DNA of 64,000 nt. Origin: a virus. Positions 57,835 through 64,000 of the stretch are shown here, one piece after another. The DNA lies in the IMG/VR virus record IMGVR_UViG_3300008107_000017, positions 64,001 through 128,000 of that record. One strand, given 5' to 3'. A program made the position numbers and the translations under genes. Position 1 is the stretch's first letter. Each line of letters opens with the position of its first letter. The notes beneath the pieces are model-generated. The model worked only from the letters and a program-made list of their open reading frames with translations. It did no database searches and was not told where the DNA came from.

Positions 57835-58683
57835 ATGAAACATATTAAACACATTGATTCATTTATTAATGAAGCAAAAGACCTATCAATTAAAGACTAT
57901 AAAGTTGGTGATGTTATTTCCTTTAAAGACGGTGAAGACTGGAAGGTAACAAAGATTAAGTATGATAAACTCATGGTTAAGCCTCATAATGAAAAAGCCA
58001 AAAAAGCAAATACGAGTATAGAGATTGATATTGACTTAGACTATCTTAAAAATAATTTAGCAGAATCTACTGTTAATGAAGGTCGTACAATTGAAAAGAT
58101 TGAAAAAGACAGAACCAAGATCATAAATGATATGGCTGAAATTGTTACTAATTGGAAAGCCGCTAAAGAATCTGGTGATAAAAAAGCCGAGGCATCATTT
58201 TTACAAAGACTTAAGGACCTCACCGCTCAAAAGAAAGGCCTAGAGAAAGAACTTAATGTGGCAATTGCTGGTAAAGACCGTGATGTCGAATTAGTTATCT
58301 CAGAAGGTGTTATGTCCGAGATTGACCTATTAGCTCAAGAAGCCAAAAACTTTAAAGATTTTCTTAAAGCATTTAAGACCGATAATCGTTATAAAGGTTT
58401 AGATACCGCAGGTGATGTTAAGGAATTTGAATCTTGGTTAAAATCTATATATGATAACGCTAAGAATGAAAGTATGAATGAAGGTGAAGATGTTAAGAAA
58501 GGCATTCATGATCATTGGAAAGAACTGTATAATGAAGACTTTGTTTCTGCTTATCCTAAAGTAGCAAAGATTCTTAAGAATCGTCAAAACGTTGATCGTC
58601 GCGAATTGGCAAGAATCTGGGATGAAACCTATGGCGAAGACTTTAAAGAAAAGTACGCTAAGATCTGGGATGTTTTAGATTAA
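57835..58683 (+). CDS. Putative internal head polyprotein
   Basis: MKHIKHIDSFINE; internal STVNE, VISE, ESMNE. Confidence 0.7.
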   Translation: MKHIKHIDSFINEAKDLSIKDYKVGDVISFKDGEDWKVTKIKYDKLMVKPHNEKAKKANTSIEIDIDLDYLKNNLAESTVNEGRTIEKIEKDRTKIINDMAEIVTNWKAAKESGDKKAEASFLQRLKDLTAQKKGLEKELNVAIAGKDRDVELVISEGVMSEIDLLAQEAKNFKDFLKAFKTDNRYKGLDTAGDVKEFESWLKSIYDNAKNESMNEGEDVKKGIHDHWKELYNEDFVSAYPKVAKILKNRQNVDRRELARIWDETYGEDFKEKYAKIWDVLD

Positions 58684-58766
58684 CATTCATTAAACTTTTT
58701 ACATTTTTTTCATATAATAATAGAGGGACCGTTTCAAAAACCTGGTCCCTTTGTTATTATTGTTAT

Positions 58767-59192
58767 ATGGAAACTTTATTATGGTTAGATGATATCAGAG
58801 ATCCAAAGGATAGCATTTGGTGGAATTGGATTGCGGTATCTGGTGTTAACCCAACCCATTATGATATTGTATGGGTAAAGAATTATAACGATTTTACTAA
58901 GTGGATCAAATTCAATGGTTTACCAACGGTAATCTGTTTTGATCATGATCTGGGTGAAGATCTTGCCAAAGACCGCGTATCTAGCGGTATGAGTAAGAGA
59001 AAGGCCCGGTCATTAAAGAGAGAAACTTTAAGCGGTTTTGATTGTGCCAAATGGTTGGTTGAATTCTGCTTGGATGGTAAACATTCAATGCCAGAGTATA
59101 GAATTCAATCTGCTAACCCAGTAGGCGCAGAGAACATAAAGGGTTTAATTGAAAACTTTAAAAAGAATGTAGAAAATGTTAGGACTGTATGA
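58767..59192 (+). CDS. Cyclic-phosphate-processing receiver-like domain protein
   Basis: LWLDDIRDP, FDHDLG, GFDCAKWL, SANPVG. Confidence 0.75.
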   Translation: METLLWLDDIRDPKDSIWWNWIAVSGVNPTHYDIVWVKNYNDFTKWIKFNGLPTVICFDHDLGEDLAKDRVSSGMSKRKARSLKRETLSGFDCAKWLVEFCLDGKHSMPEYRIQSANPVGAENIKGLIENFKKNVENVRTV

Positions 59193-59370
59193 TATAATGG
59201 ATGACATGTTTGCAACTGGTTTAGGTGTTGATGTTGAAACATATATTGATGTTATTGAGAACCGCTGTAATACAGAAGAAGCCATGTTTATTATTGATAA
59301 TCTTTGGGATGAAGATGGTAACCCGGACAAAGCAAAAGAACTGTTTAATCAAAAACTAAAAGGAGAGTAA
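59176..59370 (+). CDS. Hypothetical protein
   Basis: Packed ORF. Confidence 0.6.
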   Translation: MLGLYDIMDDMFATGLGVDVETYIDVIENRCNTEEAMFIIDNLWDEDGNPDKAKELFNQKLKGE

Positions 59371-59371
59371 T

Positions 59372-60049
59372 ATGATTGCTAATATTAAGAGATATGCTAT
59401 GAGAAATGCAAAATCAAAAGAGAGTAAGTTTTATGTAAAGGATAAGAGATCCTTTAAGGAAAAGGCTAAAGACTTTGGACAGAGTCTTTTATTTTGGAGA
59501 GGCCGTAAGAAAGGAATGATTCATACTCGTAACCTTGAATGGTCAGACTTAAGATACATTTTCTTTCCAAAGAAATTGGAAAAATACGGATACTTAAATA
59601 TCACATTCTATAAAGAGGATAGTGAATACTACAGAGCACTTTATCCGCTGGTTCTTGCTATGGATTATGAAGCTAAACCTACTTGGTGTCCACGTTGGTT
59701 CTTACGATTCTTACATGTTTTTGGTAATGATAAGTCATTAGTGAGAGTACGTAATAGGGCTTTGCACGACCTACACAGGTACTTAACCAAAGGTATCTTA
59801 TTCTGGGATTGGAAAACTAAATGGGCTTCTTATGATCTGCGGATTAGTATTTCAGGACCTACCCACCTACAAAATTTAGCCGATGATATTGAACGTGGCT
59901 TCTATTCTAGAGGTAGAGAAAAAGAACTTGTTGAGCAGATCTTAAAATTGGATCCTAATGCATCAATCATTTGGGGAAGCATTAAACGATTTGAAGAACA
60001 ATTAGAAGAATTAGAAAATCAAAAAGAAAATGACAATACGGGAGTTTAA
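59372..60049 (+). CDS. Hypothetical protein
   Basis: Long packed ORF. Confidence 0.7.
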   Translation: MIANIKRYAMRNAKSKESKFYVKDKRSFKEKAKDFGQSLLFWRGRKKGMIHTRNLEWSDLRYIFFPKKLEKYGYLNITFYKEDSEYYRALYPLVLAMDYEAKPTWCPRWFLRFLHVFGNDKSLVRVRNRALHDLHRYLTKGILFWDWKTKWASYDLRISISGPTHLQNLADDIERGFYSRGREKELVEQILKLDPNASIIWGSIKRFEEQLEELENQKENDNTGV

Positions 60050-60269
60050 CGAAAAGTATAAGCAATACTTAGAAGAAGGGCATTATGGCCTTGCTGTTGG
60101 AGATGCCGAATTTATTCAATGGCTTGATAAAAGATTCCAAGAATTCATACAAAAGCCTGGGTTTAGTTATAGTCAAATTAAATCAAAATTTGGTATGGGC
60201 CGCTTCTATTGCGAAGGACTTACTCGTGAAGAAACATCAGAAATAGAACTTAAAATATCACAACTATGA
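60030..60269 (+). CDS. Hypothetical protein
   Basis: QIKSKFG..RFY motif. Confidence 0.65.
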   Translation: MTIREFNEKYKQYLEEGHYGLAVGDAEFIQWLDKRFQEFIQKPGFSYSQIKSKFGMGRFYCEGLTREETSEIELKISQL

Positions 60270-60943
60270 AAAGAATAACATTTATAAGCGATACACATAC
60301 GAAACATAGAATGTTGGATCTTCCAGGTGGAGATATTCTTATTCATAGTGGAGATCTTATGAATAGCGGATATAACCTAAATGATGTCCATGACTTTCTT
60401 ATGTGGTTTGAAAAACAGGATTATAAAGAGCTTATCTTTATTGCAGGTAATCATGATCGTATGTTTGAAAACCATCCAATAAGAATGGATGAAATACTTG
60501 AAGGATTCCCTTCTATTACATATCTTGAAGACGACTGGGTTGATGTAGATGGAATTAAGATTTATGGAAGTCCTTGGCAGCCAGAGTTTTATAATTGGGC
60601 ATTTAATCTACCAAGAGGAGGCGAAGATATTGAAGAAAAATGGTCAATGATTCCTCCAGATACTGACATTCTCATCACACACGGTCCACCACAAGGTCAC
60701 CTAGATATAAGCGGTGCACCTTATAATGAACCTAACTTAGGCTGCGAAATGCTTCGTATCTATGTTGATAACATTATACCAAAGATTCATGTATTTGGTC
60801 ATATTCATGGAAGTGGAGGATATAAGAAAGATAATGGAATACATTTTGTTAATGCCGCTGTTCTTAATGAAAGATATGAACAGGTAACGAATGGTATTAC
60901 TGTTGACTGGGATCCAGAAACAAATTCAATAGACTTTATATAA
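60266..60943 (+). CDS. Metallophosphoesterase with intact motifs
   Basis: SDTH, HSGD, GNHD, THGPP, FGHIH. Confidence 0.92.
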   Translation: MKRITFISDTHTKHRMLDLPGGDILIHSGDLMNSGYNLNDVHDFLMWFEKQDYKELIFIAGNHDRMFENHPIRMDEILEGFPSITYLEDDWVDVDGIKIYGSPWQPEFYNWAFNLPRGGEDIEEKWSMIPPDTDILITHGPPQGHLDISGAPYNEPNLGCEMLRIYVDNIIPKIHVFGHIHGSGGYKKDNGIHFVNAAVLNERYEQVTNGITVDWDPETNSIDFI

Positions 60944-60954
60944 AAATAAAAATT

Positions 60955-61113
60955 ATGAAAATTGAATATGTACCTTATTGGGATAGACTTTATCTTATTC
61001 CTACAATTGCAATCGTTTTAGATCCAATGTTTGCGGGTTATAAGTATTTAAGCCTATCATGGCTTAGGGGGTCAATTGAGATAAGTTGGGGTCGCATTAA
61101 AGAAAATGAGTAA
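60955..61113 (+). CDS. 52-aa hypothetical protein (not in the ORF track)
   Basis: MKIEYVPYWDRLYLIPTI...KENE*. Confidence 0.55.
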   Translation: MKIEYVPYWDRLYLIPTIAIVLDPMFAGYKYLSLSWLRGSIEISWGRIKENE

Positions 61114-61116
61114 ATA

Positions 61117-61398
61117 ATGGCAAAAAGGATAGTGATGCAAATAAATAAAACAAAAAACCGCCTCATGAGATTTTTGAGATCACTATTTGTTAAGAAACCT
61201 AAAGAAGTATTCCCTTATTCTGTAAAAGGATTTAGAGATGCTAAGAGATGGGCATTATCCCAACCTCACCCATTTGCTCCTGAACTTTGCCTATGGGATT
61301 ATGTTAAAGCTATGGCTTATCATGAAACTGAACTCCAATTACATATTATTAATCAATTCGTTAAAGGTAAGCTTGACGATAAACATATGTTTATATGA
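61117..61398 (+). CDS. Hypothetical protein
   Basis: Packed ORF. Confidence 0.6.
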   Translation: MAKRIVMQINKTKNRLMRFLRSLFVKKPKEVFPYSVKGFRDAKRWALSQPHPFAPELCLWDYVKAMAYHETELQLHIINQFVKGKLDDKHMFI

Positions 61399-61832
61399 AG
61401 ATAGGAATTACATGTTCTGCATTTGACCTATTTCATGCAGGGCATGTTAAAATGTTAGAGGAGGCAAAAGGTCATTGCGACTATCTTATTATTGCTCTTC
61501 AAACAAATCCTACTATAGATAGGCCTAATAAGAATAAGCCTATACAGTCAGTAGTTGAAAGATACATTCAACTTGCCGCATGTAAATGGGTTGACCAAAT
61601 AGTACCATACGAAACTGAAAAGGATCTTGAAGATATCTTCCTAACATTTGATATTCATGTTAGGATTATAGGCGATGAATATCAAAGTAAACAATTTACC
61701 GCTAGAGAGATATGCAGTAATCGTGGCATAGAGATCATTTATAATAAACGTGATCACTCTTTCTCTAGCACTGAACTTAGAAAACGAATTTATAATGAAG
61801 AACTTAAAAATCAAGTCAAAGTACCTTCTTAA
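61395..61832 (+). CDS. TagD-like (glycerol-3-phosphate) cytidylyltransferase
   Basis: FDLFHAGH, ERYIQL, R.HSFSSTELR. Confidence 0.88.
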   Translation: MKIGITCSAFDLFHAGHVKMLEEAKGHCDYLIIALQTNPTIDRPNKNKPIQSVVERYIQLAACKWVDQIVPYETEKDLEDIFLTFDIHVRIIGDEYQSKQFTAREICSNRGIEIIYNKRDHSFSSTELRKRIYNEELKNQVKVPS

Positions 61833-61900
61833 TGTTGAAGGTAAAAAAATTAAGGCAAACAGTCTTATTGAATTAATTTGGAAGGTATTGAGAGGAAGCC

Positions 61901-62644
61901 ATGAGTAAACTTTACCTAGACTTTCTTGAGGTAGGTAGTAGTGATTTTAACACTATCATGGAATCCTGTAAAGAATCAGAGGTAGGCATGGTCATTGAAC
62001 CAATTAAGACCTACCTCGATAATTTACCCAATAAAGAAAATGTAATAAAAGTTAATGCAGCACTCTTATTTGGAGACAGTGAACCTGTTCCAATTTATTA
62101 CATTAAACCTGAGGTAATAAAGAAACATGGGTTATTTGAATGGATGAGAGGGTGTAATTCTATAGGTCATCCTCATGATCATCATTTAGATTATTTTGAG
62201 ACAATAGAAGAGTTTGATAAATGGCATTCTGCTTGGAAAGGACCTGATACTCCTAAAGGTAGAAACCTTCTTGAAGAAGGATTAGTTTCTATAGAACATG
62301 TACCTAGCATATCATTCTATAATCTTGTAAAAGAATTTAATATAGGTGGTATTAAGTACATTAAGCTTGATACTGAAGGAATAGATGCCGATCTTTTAGA
62401 ATCAATATTGGATGATCTATGGGAACTTGACTCTGTTAAATTACCAGAAAAGATTATGTTTGAAACCAATGCACATAATGATACTACGAAATCATTTCAG
62501 ATAATTGAAAGATTAGGTAGAATGGGATATGAAATCTTGGTAGGTCAAGCCGACCCAGAATATTGGACTAAATTTGAGGGAACTATCTATAGAGACTGTA
62601 AAGCAACCTTAACACCTAAATGGGATGAGCATAAAAAAGATTAA
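61901..62644 (+). CDS. FkbM-like methyltransferase
   Basis: FLEVG, IEP, VNAA, IKLDTEG.D, I.FE. Confidence 0.75.
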   Translation: MSKLYLDFLEVGSSDFNTIMESCKESEVGMVIEPIKTYLDNLPNKENVIKVNAALLFGDSEPVPIYYIKPEVIKKHGLFEWMRGCNSIGHPHDHHLDYFETIEEFDKWHSAWKGPDTPKGRNLLEEGLVSIEHVPSISFYNLVKEFNIGGIKYIKLDTEGIDADLLESILDDLWELDSVKLPEKIMFETNAHNDTTKSFQIIERLGRMGYEILVGQADPEYWTKFEGTIYRDCKATLTPKWDEHKKD

Positions 62645-62924
62645 GAAAGAGTATAAAGAAACTCCGAAAAAAGAAATAGGTGGAGCAGTAATTGAAAACT
62701 TTACATACGGTTTCATAGGATCCGTTATTGTAGTATTCATTTCAAATAAAGTTGATATCGCTGTGCTTTTAAGTTATCTGGCATATTACTTTTTTGTTGG
62801 TCGTGTTGTCAATCGACCAAAATATGTAACATCATTAGGTAAATTTATTGTATTTCCTGTTTCTGCTGCATTAGGAGCATTTACTGGATATAAGCTTGCA
62901 CAATTTGTAACACCGTACTTATGA
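62625..62924 (+). CDS. Three-TM membrane protein
   Basis: Hydrophobic segments. Confidence 0.7.
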   Translation: MSIKKIKKEYKETPKKEIGGAVIENFTYGFIGSVIVVFISNKVDIAVLLSYLAYYFFVGRVVNRPKYVTSLGKFIVFPVSAALGAFTGYKLAQFVTPYL

Positions 62925-63295
62925 AAATTGCATTAATAGCCCATGATGGTAAAAAGGCCGATATGGTTGCCTTCGTTATGAAAAGACTAGATTTCTTTAA
63001 CAGAAGTAATGTTAACATTGTTGCAACCGGTACAACCGGTACAATGATCACACATGCCGGTGTTGATAAAGTAGAAAGAGTAAACAGCGGCCCTCTTGGT
63101 GGAGACGCCGAAATAGGTGCAATGGTGACAAGAGGGGAAATTACAGGTGTAATCTTTTTTAGAGATCCTCTTGATAAACACCCACATGAACCTGACATCC
63201 AAATGTTAATGAGAGTATGTGATGTACATGACATACCACTTGCAACCAATTACAAATCAGCACATATAATGATTAAATATTTTCAAAAAAAATAA
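62921..63295 (+). CDS. mgsA: Methylglyoxal synthase
   Basis: IALIAHD.KK, ATGTTG, SGPLGGD, FFRDPL..HPHEPD, R.CDVH.IPLATN. Confidence 0.97.
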   Translation: MKIALIAHDGKKADMVAFVMKRLDFFNRSNVNIVATGTTGTMITHAGVDKVERVNSGPLGGDAEIGAMVTRGEITGVIFFRDPLDKHPHEPDIQMLMRVCDVHDIPLATNYKSAHIMIKYFQKK

Positions 63296-63299
63296 TAAA

Positions 63300-64000
63300 A
63301 TGAAAACAGAATTATGTAATTTATTTGAAAAGTATAAAGCGGATAAATGCCCTACCGTTTTACATACATACTCACCGGCTTATTTTAACATTCTAAAAGA
63401 TATTAGAAAATCTGCGAAGAATGTATTAGAAATTGGAATTGGTACAGTTCCTATCATGGAAGGTGGTGTTGGTATAAAAGGTTATGTACCAGGCGCAAGT
63501 ATTAAAGGGTGGCGAGACTTTTTTCCTAATGCAACCATATATGCAGTTGATATAGAGGAATCCGTTATGTTCTCTGACGATAGAATTATTACAGATGTAG
63601 TAGACCAATCCTCCGTTGATAGTATTAGAAAGTTTACAAAAAAAGTAAATAAACAATTTGATTTTATTATTGATGATGGTTCTCATCTAATTGATCATCA
63701 AATTATATCTGCATATGAATTAGTAAATAATCTTGCTGATGATGGCATATACATTATTGAAGATGTTCATATAAACTATATGCCTATTTACGAAGAGATA
63801 GAGTTTCCAGGTTTAACTAAGATACATACCCATCTTGGAACTGGTGATGTCTGGGATAATTTTATAGCATATAAGAAAACTAAATCTATAACTAAAGATA
63901 TCCCTAAAATACTTCATATGATATGGGTTGGTAAACAAGAGCCGCCACAGTATTTTATTGATAATGTTAATAAGTGGAAGTCTCTTATGCCGGATTGGGA
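63300..64000 (+). CDS. SAM methyltransferase fused to a GT32-like domain, 3'-truncated (not in the ORF track)
   Basis: VLEIGIG, FDFIIDDGSH, YIIED, then IPKILHMIWVG; open to the window end. Confidence 0.85.
   Translation, partial: MKTELCNLFEKYKADKCPTVLHTYSPAYFNILKDIRKSAKNVLEIGIGTVPIMEGGVGIKGYVPGASIKGWRDFFPNATIYAVDIEESVMFSDDRIITDVVDQSSVDSIRKFTKKVNKQFDFIIDDGSHLIDHQIISAYELVNNLADDGIYIIEDVHINYMPIYEEIEFPGLTKIHTHLGTGDVWDNFIAYKKTKSITKDIPKILHMIWVGKQEPPQYFIDNVNKWKSLMPDW

Overview
AT-rich 64 kb segment of a large (jumbo, T4-like) tailed phage. All credible genes are on the + strand in the standard genetic code. The host is probably Bacteroidota, inferred from TAnnTTTG promoter elements, a tmRNA tag of the GE...YAxAA type and A-rich starts without Shine-Dalgarno sites. 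Content: tape-measure-like gene, DEDDh exonuclease, tmRNA, 22 tRNAs covering all 20 amino acids interleaved with several unexplained structured RNAs, split type II topoisomerase, nucleotide kinases, two thymidylate-synthase-family genes (one with the dCMP-type Asp), an ECF-like sigma factor, a lysis region, glycosyltransferase/KdsB/methyltransferase/carbamoyltransferase genes, Hsp20, a Clp ATPase, IMPDH/GMPR, UvsE, MgsA, small early genes behind a repeated promoter module, and about 15 proteins with a T4-like capsid-targeting N-terminus. The top finding is an unannotated 31-codon leader ORF (5622-5717) that contains all 20 amino acids, 19 of them in the first 22 residues. Its 3' end can pair with the 5' arm of an intrinsic terminator placed directly upstream of the tRNA array. 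This looks like a ribosome-stalling attenuator that senses loss of almost any tRNA and switches on the phage's replacement tRNA set. Protein family calls come from motif recognition only; no database search was run.
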